Origin: a virus
Lineage: Duplodnaviria; Caudoviricetes
Virus record (IMG/VR): IMGVR_UViG_3300032335_001026
Span: 1 to 53,984 of that record
Reading direction: 5' to 3' (one strand)
Length of the DNA stretch: 53,984 nucleotides
The first letter of the stretch is position 1. The number at the start of each line of letters is the position of its first letter. Positions 28,205 to 37,090 of the stretch are shown in pieces. The notes under the pieces are model-generated. The model searched no databases, was not told where the DNA came from, and saw only the letters and a program-made list of their open reading frames with translations. A program made the translations under genes and the position numbers.

Positions 28205-28243
28205 GACTATACAAGAAGTGGCGTCCGGCAACAAGCCGGACGC
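28205..28243 (-). promoter_or_regulatory. Hairpin overlapping a putative promoter
   Basis: ggcgtccggc/gccggacgcc stem; TTGTTG-17-TATAGT. Confidence 0.5.
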
Positions 28244-28250
28244 CCCTGTT

Positions 28251-29111
28251 TCAGCACTTGCCCTTCGGCATGACGGCGAGGCCGCCTCTCTTCATAGGTT
28301 CGTACATACGGGTGTCAAAATTGGCCAGATCAGCGGAACTCATACCGGGCGGAGGCGACCGATAACCGATAACTTTTCGCGACGGCATAGGCTCCCTCGT
28401 CGGCGTGATTCCCGTCGGTATAGGCTTCTTCGTCGGCGGGGTAATGGGCTCCCTCGTCGGCGGGGTTCGCGTCGGTATAGGCCCCTTCGTCGGCTGCGCG
28501 CGGGCCTTCGCCGCATCCGCTTGCGCGCGGGCCTGTTGCGCGCGAGCCTGAAGCTGCTGCGAGCGCGCCCGCTGATCCGACATCACGCGGTTTGCCTGCG
28601 TGAGAAGATTGCTGGGATTTTTGACAACGTCGAGCGGGCCGCCGCGCGGATTCGAAGATGCGGTGGTACCGGGGCGCGGAGTCGTGGCGGTGCTTGCTGC
28701 TGCGGTGGTACCGGGGCGCGAGGCCTGAGTGGTCGCCGCGCCCTGCTGGACGGGGCCGCCAGCCGCCTTCTTCTGCACATCGCCACCCTTCTTCATCGCC
28801 GGCCTTGGTTCTACGGATACCCTAGGTTCCATCGTCGGCGTGATTCCCGTCGGGATAGGTTTTTTCGTCGGCGGGGTAATGGGCCCCTTCGTTGGCGGGG
28901 TAATAGGCTTCATCGGCCCCTTCGTTGGCGGGGTAATAGGCTTCATCGGCCCCTTCGTTGGCGGGGTAATAGGCTTCATCGGCCCCTTCGTCGGCGGGGT
29001 TCGCGTCGGAGGAGTTTTCCCCGGCATCTTGGCATCGCCGCCCTTGGCGTAGCCGCCGACCATGCCGCCGCCCATGTACTTCATCTTGGTGCTGTCTTTG
29101 AAGCCGTCCAT
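28251..29111 (-). CDS. Pro/Thr/Lys-rich low-complexity protein with multiple xxxGG motifs
   Basis: KGPMKPITPPT repeats; YAKGG, MKKGG, MKRGGLAV. Confidence 0.75.
   Translation of the reverse strand: MDGFKDSTKMKYMGGGMVGGYAKGGDAKMPGKTPPTRTPPTKGPMKPITPPTKGPMKPITPPTKGPMKPITPPTKGPITPPTKKPIPTGITPTMEPRVSVEPRPAMKKGGDVQKKAAGGPVQQGAATTQASRPGTTAAASTATTPRPGTTASSNPRGGPLDVVKNPSNLLTQANRVMSDQRARSQQLQARAQQARAQADAAKARAQPTKGPIPTRTPPTREPITPPTKKPIPTGITPTREPMPSRKVIGYRSPPPGMSSADLANFDTRMYEPMKRGGLAVMPKGKC
28882..29000. repeat. 33-bp tandem repeat, about 3.6 copies
   Basis: Unit ggccccttcgttggcggggtaataggcttcatc. Confidence 0.95.
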
Positions 29112-29115
29112 TGCC

Positions 29116-29373
29116 TTATCCCTTCACACGAAAACTGGCGGTCTTTTCCGCAACCTTCTTTGGCTGCTTGGCGAACTGTTTGCCAGCGGCAGTCGCCTTC
29201 CGTTTTGCGCGGGTGGTCGCGGCGTACTCCCTGACCGACAGCGACTTAATCGCCTTCGCCGGCAGATACCGCTCGCCAGTCGCCTCGGAGCCCTGCGTTG
29301 ACGGCTTGCCGGACTTGGTGCGCCAGTCCTGCTTCGTCCACGCCTTGAGGCTCTGCTGCGACTTTTTAATCAC
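29116..29373 (-). CDS. Basic DUF5872-like protein
   Basis: GTG start; QQSLKAWTKQDWRTKSGK...TGERYLP. Confidence 0.7.
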   Translation of the reverse strand: MIKKSQQSLKAWTKQDWRTKSGKPSTQGSEATGERYLPAKAIKSLSVREYAATTRAKRKATAAGKQFAKQPKKVAEKTASFRVKG

Positions 29374-30136
29374 GGTAGCCGCCGCCTTTGGCTTTGTACT
29401 GTTGCGCCAGCATTTGTGCCTTGCGGGCCGACCACTGCCCCGGCGCGCCGCCCTTGCCGCCCGCCTTGATCGAGTTGAACAGGCCCTTGCGCATCGTCGG
29501 CTTCGTGTAATTGCCTGCCTCGTTGACGCGCGACTCGCCGCCCTCGGCATAACCCTCGACCATGCCGCCCTGCGCCTTGCAGTCCCACTTGCGGAGCGCC
29601 AGCGCCTTGCGCGTCGGCTTGCCGCTCTCGTCCTTCATCGGCCCTTCCATGCCGCCCATCCGGGCGCAGAAGCTCTTGCGCCGCGCGGCCGACTTGGGCG
29701 ACTTAGCGGCCTGTTTGGCGCTCACGGGCGGCTTGATGTCCTGCCCCTGCGCTTTCAGCGAGGCGCGACCCTTGGCGTTGAGGCCTCCCTCGGGGTTCTT
29801 GCCCTCTTTTCGCGTCCACGCGCCGCCCCCGGAGGCGCGTTTGACGGCGAAATCCTTGGAAACGACGCGCCCACCCTTCTTGAAAGGCTGCTGAGCCGCC
29901 ATCGGGGGCCGCATGGAGCCCATCTGGCCCATCGGCGCGCCCATTTGCGGCATTTGGGGCTGCATCGGCTGCATCTGACCCATCTGAGGCTGCATCTGAC
30001 CCATCTGAGGCTGCATTTGCGGCATTTGGGGCCGCATCGGAGCCGCCATCGCGCCCTGCTGCATGACGCTCAGCGCGTCGTTGATCTCATCCCGCGCCCG
30101 CATGGCGTTCTGGTCGAAGGCAAAACCACCGGGCAT
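29366..30136 (-). CDS. Basic multi-module protein (PQM repeats, DUF6321-like, NYTKP module)
   Basis: GKNPEGGLNAKGR..RRKSFCARM...ALRKWDC; NYTKP...GQWSARKAQ; modules separated by xxxGG. Confidence 0.75.
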   Translation of the reverse strand: MPGGFAFDQNAMRARDEINDALSVMQQGAMAAPMRPQMPQMQPQMGQMQPQMGQMQPMQPQMPQMGAPMGQMGSMRPPMAAQQPFKKGGRVVSKDFAVKRASGGGAWTRKEGKNPEGGLNAKGRASLKAQGQDIKPPVSAKQAAKSPKSAARRKSFCARMGGMEGPMKDESGKPTRKALALRKWDCKAQGGMVEGYAEGGESRVNEAGNYTKPTMRKGLFNSIKAGGKGGAPGQWSARKAQMLAQQYKAKGGGYRD

Positions 30137-30753
30137 CAGGCAATCCGTTCCGCAGCGAGGATAACAGACGGGATGGCCGGCGCGATCGCGCCAGCCGCAG
30201 TGAATTCAACCGTCACACCCGCGTTCTCGGGCAGCCACATGATCTCAATGTACTGGCCAGCGGTCACCTGCTCATAGATGACGATCTGAGCAAACATCGC
30301 GCCGCCATCGGCAGCCTTCGGGATGTTTACAATGCTGGCAGAGTTGGCGATGTTGGTGCCGTTCAGGCGGAACCAGAACGTCGCGTCGTGATCTGCGGCG
30401 GTTGAGTTGGCGAACTGTATGCTCGGCGCGAGCATGTACGTGCCGGCCACCGCGAACGTGATGCGCGTCGGGTTGCCGCCGCCGTCATTGGCGATGGTGA
30501 TGCCCGCGTTGAAGTCCGTGTTCTCCAGCCTGATCGCCGTGGCGGCCGAGACGCTGCCGGTCTGGTCGGTCGTGCTGAACGCTTGGATGTATGCGCGGCC
30601 GGCGAGCGAGGCATACGGCACCGCCGTGGCGCTGTTGCCGATCGCGCTCGCTGCCACCTTCTTGTTCGATCCGCCCTGCACCGTCTCGAACAGCTCCGTG
30701 CCAGCCAGCGGCGTGGTGGCGGCGGTGAGGTCGGTGATCTTGACGTTGGCCAT
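30136..30753 (-). CDS. Structural protein with C1q/BclA-like C-terminal domain
   Basis: KITDLTAA start; AGTYM...QF, GQYIEIMW. Confidence 0.65.
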   Translation of the reverse strand: MANVKITDLTAATTPLAGTELFETVQGGSNKKVAASAIGNSATAVPYASLAGRAYIQAFSTTDQTGSVSAATAIRLENTDFNAGITIANDGGGNPTRITFAVAGTYMLAPSIQFANSTAADHDATFWFRLNGTNIANSASIVNIPKAADGGAMFAQIVIYEQVTAGQYIEIMWLPENAGVTVEFTAAGAIAPAIPSVILAAERIA

Positions 30754-30765
30754 GTGTGCCTGCCC

Positions 30766-31065
30766 TTATGCCCAGACCCGATACGGCGCGGTCGGGGTGT
30801 CTATGATGTAAGCGAGAAGCGCCGAGGTGTCGATGTCTTCCGTCAGGCGCAGGTTGGTATGCCAGCCGGGGTAATCCACGACGATGGGGATGGGATCGTC
30901 GGCCTTGCGCTTGGCCTTCTTGAAGCCCGTCACGCGGCTGAATGGCCCGATGTGGTCGAGAGTGACGCCGGCCACCGGGTGGCCCTCGTCGTTGATGACG
31001 CCGGCAGCGGTCAGCGCGGCGAGCATCTCCGCCTCGGTGGCGGCCATGAGGTACAGATCGATCAT
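30766..31065 (-). CDS. Hypothetical protein (spike-associated)
   Basis: DLYL...GWHTNLR...PYRVWA; coupled to the upstream gene. Confidence 0.7.
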   Translation of the reverse strand: MIDLYLMAATEAEMLAALTAAGVINDEGHPVAGVTLDHIGPFSRVTGFKKAKRKADDPIPIVVDYPGWHTNLRLTEDIDTSALLAYIIDTPTAPYRVWA

Positions 31066-32117
31066 GCGGTGAGCGCCTGTAGCTGTGCGTTGGTAAGACG
31101 GTAGGCGTAATAGGTGAAGGTGCGGAGGTGGCCGTTGAGATAAGTTGTAGAAGTCTCCCCACTGCCAAGTAGCAGTTGGTTTACGTTAGGAACGGTTCCA
31201 CTCGTATCCGTCGCAACAGCGCCTGTCGTAACAGTGGCAAAATCGTTTAACTTATAGGCTGATGCAAACTTAAACACCGTGCCATCGAAGGGGATAAGCG
31301 GTGTGCCAGCAATACTTGCTTGCGTAACACCAGCATCAACGACTTGAAGAGTTGATTGTCCCCCATTGCGGATGTTATTGGAACTTGTTCCATCGTTGAA
31401 CACAAAAGTACGAGCCGCCCCACCTGTTCCACGAAAGCTATCGGCGCTGATGACAATCGTCCCCTCGCTGGCGTTGTACCAAGACGAAAAGTTCGTACCC
31501 GTCATCACCGCGTTGTCAGCGGCGCGTGTGACCGTGGAGCCGGCAGTGGGAATAAAGCTGGTGGCAAATGCGCCGGCTTCAAGTTGAGCAAACTGCACCG
31601 TGCCAGTGACAGTGCAAACCAAAACGCCGGCAGTTGGCGTAAATGTGAGAGTGCGCCGTGAAGGATATGCCCCCGTGCCGGTCACAACTTGAACTGCGGC
31701 TCCCGCAAGCGTTATCGTGCCGGTTCCATAAAATGAAATAGTATAAGATTGGGCAGTTACCGTAACGCTTTGCGTACTAAGGTTTGTGCCCAAAATATCA
31801 CTATTTAGCAGCAAGTTTACCCGCTGCTCCTCGATCAGCAGGCCGCGTGCGGCCAGCGTGGCGGGGTTGTAGTCAAAGCGCGGGGTGTTGATTGCTGACG
31901 ATTGGATCAGGCCATCGCTACCCACAAACGTGGCTGTGGTAGACCGCGTGAACGTGATGCGGCTGTCCAGCGGTTCGCCGGTCAAAAAGTTCAGCGCCAG
32001 CGTTGCGCCGAACTGGTTGATCAGGCCGCTCGCGCCGCCCCACAGGCCCAGAGTGCCCTTGTACAGGCCGGTGCCGAGCGCAAGGCCTGAGACGCCGCTG
32101 TAGAGGCCGGTGCTCAC
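31062..32117 (-). CDS. Head spike/fibre protein with LamG-like domain
   Basis: ITFTRSTTAT, PRFDY...GLLIEEQRVN, QLEAG.FATSFIPT....TRAAD. Confidence 0.8.
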   Translation of the reverse strand: MSTGLYSGVSGLALGTGLYKGTLGLWGGASGLINQFGATLALNFLTGEPLDSRITFTRSTTATFVGSDGLIQSSAINTPRFDYNPATLAARGLLIEEQRVNLLLNSDILGTNLSTQSVTVTAQSYTISFYGTGTITLAGAAVQVVTGTGAYPSRRTLTFTPTAGVLVCTVTGTVQFAQLEAGAFATSFIPTAGSTVTRAADNAVMTGTNFSSWYNASEGTIVISADSFRGTGGAARTFVFNDGTSSNNIRNGGQSTLQVVDAGVTQASIAGTPLIPFDGTVFKFASAYKLNDFATVTTGAVATDTSGTVPNVNQLLLGSGETSTTYLNGHLRTFTYYAYRLTNAQLQALTA

Positions 32118-32119
32118 CC

Positions 32120-32755
32120 TTACGCCCTGTTGTCGCCGGACTGGACAATGGTCAGCGTGGCGCGGCCGGTGCCGGACGTGATGCGCAGGCGGACGGCCGC
32201 CGGCACGTAGGCGTAGTTGCCCTGCCGGTTGACGGTCTGCGCCACCATGTTCGGATCTGGGTGATCAAAAAACGTCGGCATGTTGTTGGTGAACGGGTTG
32301 TCGAGGGTCTGCTGCACCGCCCACGTAACCGTGCCCGACACGACAACCTGCAGCGAGATGTCTGGCCGGCCGTGGATGTCGAGAGGCAGGGGCGCGGTCA
32401 CGCCGCTAGATCCGAAGCCGGCGCGCACCGTGCCGACCGTGCCGCCACCCACGACGGACACGCCCGTGACCGTCAGAAAGCTGCCGGTGGTCGATACCGT
32501 CGTGGCGTTCGGCCCGGTGATCGTCTCGGTGAGCGCATTGCCCGCCGCGTTGGTGCCGGTGACGGTGTATGTGCGCGTGCTGTCATTGCCCGTCGAAGTG
32601 ATGGTGACGGTGTAGGCCGCGTTGAAGACGGCGACGCCGGCAACCACGCTGCCCCCGTCAAGGGTCAGCGCGCCGGCAGTGGCGCGCGTCTGCGCCAAGC
32701 AGACCGCGTTATCGACTGCGGCGCTGAGCTGAAGGCTGCTTACGATCTGCCGCAT
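32120..32755 (-). CDS. Head spike base / decoration protein
   Basis: Thr/Gly/Val beta-rich; position after the capsid module. Confidence 0.65.
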   Translation of the reverse strand: MRQIVSSLQLSAAVDNAVCLAQTRATAGALTLDGGSVVAGVAVFNAAYTVTITSTGNDSTRTYTVTGTNAAGNALTETITGPNATTVSTTGSFLTVTGVSVVGGGTVGTVRAGFGSSGVTAPLPLDIHGRPDISLQVVVSGTVTWAVQQTLDNPFTNNMPTFFDHPDPNMVAQTVNRQGNYAYVPAAVRLRITSGTGRATLTIVQSGDNRA

Positions 32756-32775
32756 GGGCGTGTCCTTCTATGCTA

Positions 32776-32813
32776 GAGAGCAGGCCGGGCACACTTCCAC
32801 CCGGCCTGCTCTC
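32776..32813 (-). other. 14-bp perfect stem-loop (processing site or terminator)
   Basis: gagagcaggccggg / cccggcctgctctc. Confidence 0.7.
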
Positions 32814-32820
32814 GTGCCAA

Positions 32821-33216
32821 TTACGCGGAGGTCGCACCGTTCAGGGCGACGATGTCCCAGCCACTAGCGGTGTAGATCAGCATCGCGGTGTCGCCCACGG
32901 CGGTGAACGTGATGGTGGCGAAGCCGAGGGGGGTGGTGGGGGTCAACACGGCCGAGCCGCCGTCAACCACATGGCTGATGATCTTGATCTGGCCCACGAC
33001 ACCGTTGGCCAAGGTCAGGGCCTGCGAAGCACCAGTGGTGGTCAGCGAGGTCAGCATGTCGGTCAGATTGACCGCGCCCGCGCCAGACAGCGCCTGATTG
33101 GTGGCGGTCACGTCGCCAGTGATGTTGCCGGTGACGTTGCCGGTGATGTTGCCGGTGACGGTGCCGATGAAGCCGTTGGTCGAGGTGACCGGCCCGGAGA
33201 ATGTGGTCGAAGCCAT
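32821..33216 (-). CDS. Capsid decoration/fibre protein
   Basis: MASTTFSGPV start; G[NTD][VI]T repeats. Confidence 0.75.
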   Translation of the reverse strand: MASTTFSGPVTSTNGFIGTVTGNITGNVTGNITGDVTATNQALSGAGAVNLTDMLTSLTTTGASQALTLANGVVGQIKIISHVVDGGSAVLTPTTPLGFATITFTAVGDTAMLIYTASGWDIVALNGATSA

Positions 33217-33221
33217 GATCA

Positions 33222-33305
33222 GTCCTTATGCACAAGTCGCTCGTCAGTCTGTGCAACGTCCGCTGGGTCGGTCTGACGAGCTGGGATCTGCCCAGTTCGC
33301 GGGGA
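33222..33305 (-). ncRNA. Structured pseudoknotted RNA, Mu-gpT-DE-like
   Basis: ctcgtcag/ctgacgag stem, ctggg/cccag pairings, tgcaca/tgtgca pseudoknot abutting the RBS; TGC-TATAGT just upstream. Confidence 0.55.
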
Positions 33306-33318
33306 CTATAGCACGGCG

Positions 33319-34869
33319 TTAGGAGCGCCGCCAGACCCATCGTTTCTTTCCACAATCGTACAGACGACGCGCGCCTAGCAGGTACGTCATATCGCGCTCG
33401 CTGCGCGGATCTGACGCCGGATCAAATCGCTGCGCAGAACCGACATCGCGTATCCGGGCGGCTATTTTCTTGCGCTGCCACGCCGTCTTGGGGAGAAGCC
33501 CGGTCTTCGGGTGGTAGACCTGATAATCCGGCTCGGTTTCCTCCTCGAGTGTGAAGCCGAGTTTCTTGTACATCTCGCCAGTGAAATAGCGATTGTCGGA
33601 AAAGGACTTGACGCTCTCGGGATCGTGATCAGCGACGAAGGCCGAAAACAGCCGCGAAGCGCCGCCTGCCACTGGCAGACGCGTGGTGTATCGCGTCAGC
33701 GTCCACACCCGATCGGCGTGTGCGCCCCTGTCGTTGGCCCCAAAGGTGAACCGCATGCAGGCGACCAGCTTGCCCCGGTAACGGAGGCCGTAATTCACCC
33801 CCCAGCCAGCCCCACCTTGGGGGTGGTAGGCGTCGAGAAAAGCGGCCGCCTCGTGCGCCGCCACGACTTCAACGCCGCACTTGCGGGCCATGAGCCGGCC
33901 GGGGATTTTGCCCAGCGCGTTGCGGATAAGGCGCTTGATGGCGCGCTGCCGCGTGAGCCACTCGCTCTCGTAGACCGTCAGCAGGCGCAGTCCAGCCTGT
34001 TGGCACATCTGCTGCTTCTCTGCGTGGCGCTTTCGGTAGACCACCTCGTCCTCGGCTGATGGAGAGGCGTGCCAGTACTCGCCGCAATACTCAACGGCCA
34101 GCGACGCGGAAGGCACGTAAATGTCGAGTTCCTTGGGCGGGATGATGCGCCGATTGCGCTGCTCGATGTCGGCAAAAATCGACATGAACTTGGCGAGCGC
34201 CGCCTCGCCCTTCGAGCGGTGGTGCGAGCACTCAGGGCAGCCCTGCGCACGCTTTACGTGGTGCTCGGCGGTTTGTTCGAAGGGGCCGTGCTCCGGGCAG
34301 ACGATGGTCACCTTAGCCTGCTGTCCTGCGTACTCCACTTTGCCGTAGTCGTAGGCGTCACCATGCACGGCCCGAGCGTCCTCGATGAACTTGGCGGCAA
34401 ACTGCGCGATCTTGGTGTCAGCCGTCTTGCGTGCGGCGCTGCCCACGTCCTTGCGGTGCCCGCGCTTCAGAGCGCCGCACTCGGGGCAGCCCCTGCCGCC
34501 GGACACATGGTTATTGGGCGAGATGCTGAAATCGCCGTGAAATGGGCAGGTCACCGTGAACTTGGTGCTGTTGTTGACGTAGGTGGCGCGGTCGTAGCTG
34601 TAGACGCCGGCATGCCGAGCGATCGCGGCAGCGATCACCTCGTCGCGGGGCGACCGGCGATTGGCGCGGCGCACGAGGTCGCCGCAGGCCGGACAGCCCG
34701 CGCCATTCTTGCGCAGTTGCGCGGGGTATTGGGAGAACTCGCCGTGCTCGCGGCAAACAACGCCGGTCATGCGCGCCAAAGCGCCGTGGTATGCCGATTG
34801 GCTAAAGTCGTACCGCTCCAAGACTTCGGAGGGGAACTTGGCCAACACGTCCGACAAGGTAGATTTCAC
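33319..34869 (-). CDS. Hef-like homing endonuclease (3 DUF723-like Zn repeats, PD-(D/E)XK nuclease, GNAT/Mom-like C-terminus)
   Basis: C..HG.F....H...GCP.C x3; ELDIY...AVEYCGEYWH; GGASRL...SD.RY..G.MY..LGF; GTG start with GAGAGG RBS. Confidence 0.8.
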   Translation of the reverse strand: MKSTLSDVLAKFPSEVLERYDFSQSAYHGALARMTGVVCREHGEFSQYPAQLRKNGAGCPACGDLVRRANRRSPRDEVIAAAIARHAGVYSYDRATYVNNSTKFTVTCPFHGDFSISPNNHVSGGRGCPECGALKRGHRKDVGSAARKTADTKIAQFAAKFIEDARAVHGDAYDYGKVEYAGQQAKVTIVCPEHGPFEQTAEHHVKRAQGCPECSHHRSKGEAALAKFMSIFADIEQRNRRIIPPKELDIYVPSASLAVEYCGEYWHASPSAEDEVVYRKRHAEKQQMCQQAGLRLLTVYESEWLTRQRAIKRLIRNALGKIPGRLMARKCGVEVVAAHEAAAFLDAYHPQGGAGWGVNYGLRYRGKLVACMRFTFGANDRGAHADRVWTLTRYTTRLPVAGGASRLFSAFVADHDPESVKSFSDNRYFTGEMYKKLGFTLEEETEPDYQVYHPKTGLLPKTAWQRKKIAARIRDVGSAQRFDPASDPRSERDMTYLLGARRLYDCGKKRWVWRRS

Positions 34870-34897
34870 GTTTTGCCTCTCTCGTAACTGATTTTGC

Positions 34898-34926
34898 AGC
34901 ATACCAAATCAAATACGGGGAAGCAA
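34898..34926 (-). promoter_or_regulatory. Promoter of the endonuclease gene
   Basis: TTGCTT-17-TATGCT with TG extension. Confidence 0.6.
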
Positions 34927-34934
34927 ACGCAAAG

Positions 34935-34963
34935 AAAAACCCCCGACGCTTTCGCGCCGGGGG
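34935..34963 (-). terminator. Rho-independent terminator after the capsid gene
   Basis: CCCCCGGCGC-GAAA-GCGTCGGGGG-TTTTT. Confidence 0.85.
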
Positions 34964-34993
34964 TCGAAAAACATTGCTTTTCAGAGCGTTAGC

Positions 34994-35908
34994 TCAGATG
35001 CCGGCTGTTCCGAAGACACCGCGAGGGTCGGTCCATCCGAAGATGTAACGCTCGGTTGCCTTGTAACGCATCGAGTCGGTCTCGAAGTCGCCCTCCATGG
35101 ACTTCTCGAGGCCGCGACGCATCGCCAGCTTCAGGCCTTCAGGCGCATCGGTCTGCACCCAGAATGCCGTGTTGGAGGTGATACGCGACAGGTTGGCCTG
35201 ACCCTCAGACAGCAAACCCATTGATTTCACGGGGTTGATATCATTATCGGCCGTGCCGGTACGCAGGACGCTCTTCAGCAGCACTTCGGCTTGGAAGACG
35301 TTCGACGGGCCGGTCACGATCTTCTTCGGCGTCAGACGGATGCGCTTGCCGTTGTTGTCAACAGCGTTGCGGATCTGGATCAGCAACTGCTCCAGCGAGG
35401 TCTGCGACAGCGCCGCAGCGACTGCCAACTGATTGCTGAAGGTGCCGCTGGCGGTCGGGTGGTTGGTAGCCACGAGCGACACTCCGTCACCGCCCGGATA
35501 CGAGCCGTTGAACGCGCGGTTCAGGACGTTTGCGCCGAGGGTCTCCTTCGTCTCGATCAGCGACTGCGCGAGGTGACGCGCATAGGTCTGACCGATACGG
35601 ATGTGGTCGCCGTCTTCCACCAGCACCTTGGTCAGCGCGAAGGCGAGACCAAAGACCTTGTAGACGTAGCGCTGGATGAACAGCACACCGCCCGACTGGT
35701 AGGTGACCGGCATGCCGTCCGGCAGTTCCGGGGCGGCACCGAAGCCGTAGAGCACAGGCTCTTCGTGGTAGTTCCGGGGGATGCCCTTGAACTCCTTGAA
35801 GACCTGCGACCACTCGTCGGCGCGCTGGTCATAGATGCCATTGAACTCTTCGTTCAGGATCGGTTCGACGATCGAACGAAAGTCGGTTGAACGCATTGGC
35901 GTAGCCAT
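34994..35908 (-). CDS. Major capsid protein (Mu gpT-like, HK97 fold)
   Basis: LNRAFN....GGDG.SL, RYKATERY.FGWTDPRG; followed by a terminator. Confidence 0.9.
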   Translation of the reverse strand: MATPMRSTDFRSIVEPILNEEFNGIYDQRADEWSQVFKEFKGIPRNYHEEPVLYGFGAAPELPDGMPVTYQSGGVLFIQRYVYKVFGLAFALTKVLVEDGDHIRIGQTYARHLAQSLIETKETLGANVLNRAFNGSYPGGDGVSLVATNHPTASGTFSNQLAVAAALSQTSLEQLLIQIRNAVDNNGKRIRLTPKKIVTGPSNVFQAEVLLKSVLRTGTADNDINPVKSMGLLSEGQANLSRITSNTAFWVQTDAPEGLKLAMRRGLEKSMEGDFETDSMRYKATERYIFGWTDPRGVFGTAGI

Positions 35909-35922
35909 TTTTCACGCCCTCC

Positions 35923-36498
35923 TTAGATCGCAGCGACATTGGCAACGAACTGGTGTTCGCTGATCTGTACCTGCGCGATGACATACGTGTCGCCGAATGC
36001 GTTGTCCGGGCCGGGCGTGATGCCGACGAGACGGACAGAAGCGTTGGCGGCGGCGGAGGCAACGTCCAGAGCCTGAGTGCTCAGGCCGGTGGTGGTGTTG
36101 CCCGCGATGGCAGTCAGGTCGTACTGCTTGCCGATATCTGCCACGGCCAGAGCGGCATTGCTCTGGATCTCGTAGAAGATGGTCGGGTCAAGCGTGCTGT
36201 ACGCCGTGATCTCGGTGCCGGTCGTCGAGGCCAACCAGCGGTTGGACACGCGGCGGCGACCTTCGCCATCGGTGAACTCGACGCCCTGAAAAGTGCCGAT
36301 GAATGCGGCACCGACAGCGGCGGCGACAAGCGTCCCCTCGGTTTCGCCGCCGGTCGTGGTCGGGGCGATACGGACGGGCTGGTTCTGGAAGAGGTTCTGG
36401 GCATAGCCCGACGCAATCGTGAAGGCGGTGGGGCGAACCACACCGCTGGGCGAGTACGACGGGCGCAGACCGAACGGTGCGTTGACCGTGGCAGACAT
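35923..36498 (-). CDS. Capsid cement / minor head protein
   Basis: APFGLRP, G.F.GVEFTD, DP...YEIQ; immediately upstream of the MCP. Confidence 0.75.
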   Translation of the reverse strand: MSATVNAPFGLRPSYSPSGVVRPTAFTIASGYAQNLFQNQPVRIAPTTTGGETEGTLVAAAVGAAFIGTFQGVEFTDGEGRRRVSNRWLASTTGTEITAYSTLDPTIFYEIQSNAALAVADIGKQYDLTAIAGNTTTGLSTQALDVASAAANASVRLVGITPGPDNAFGDTYVIAQVQISEHQFVANVAAI

Positions 36499-36533
36499 GA
36501 GCCGTTTTCCTTAGAAAGGAGTTTCAGGAGGCA

Positions 36534-37076
36534 TCAGGCAAAAACGCCCTTTGCCGGGTTTGAACCATACCCGCCCCGCATGTCGTCCTCTTCGATGAGA
36601 CGGCCGCCAGACCGCTCGGCTTGCTCGCGCATCAACTGCGCGGTTTCCTCGAGCTTGTTTTCCTCGCGCATCGGTGCGTCGTGGTGAGCTTCCTGCATGT
36701 ACCTGTAGTACAGGGACAAGGGCAGCTTAGCCGCGATCATCTCGTTGACGGCGACGCAGCCGGCGTATTCGCCGGTCTTCATGGTGACCAGTTCCATCCC
36801 CGGCACGTCCTCGGCACGAATGAGATCGTACCCCAGACGGAGGCGGTGTTGGATCGTGTCACCCTTGTTGGTCGTCGTCAGCCAGCACACATGATACCCG
36901 GGGATATCTGGAATGTTGGGTAGGGCATCGTTGTACAACTGCATTCGGAACATCTCGAGCCGTTCATCTTCCGAGATCTCGCGGTTCTGCGTCACGCGCC
37001 GATCCTGCGTCTCCCGGGGTTGACGGCTAACACTCAGTTCCTTCTTCAGGCGATCATCCATACGTTCTTCAGACAT
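36534..37076 (-). CDS. Conserved head-module protein
   Basis: LP.IP..PGYH.CWL....D....R.RLGY; AAGGAGAG RBS. Confidence 0.75.
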   Translation of the reverse strand: MSEERMDDRLKKELSVSRQPRETQDRRVTQNREISEDERLEMFRMQLYNDALPNIPDIPGYHVCWLTTTNKGDTIQHRLRLGYDLIRAEDVPGMELVTMKTGEYAGCVAVNEMIAAKLPLSLYYRYMQEAHHDAPMREENKLEETAQLMREQAERSGGRLIEEDDMRGGYGSNPAKGVFA

Positions 37077-37090
37077 TAGCTCTCTCCTTT

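Noticed and set aside
28882-29000. 33-bp repeats as a CRISPR array
   Set aside because: Tandem with no spacers; they are in-frame coding repeats
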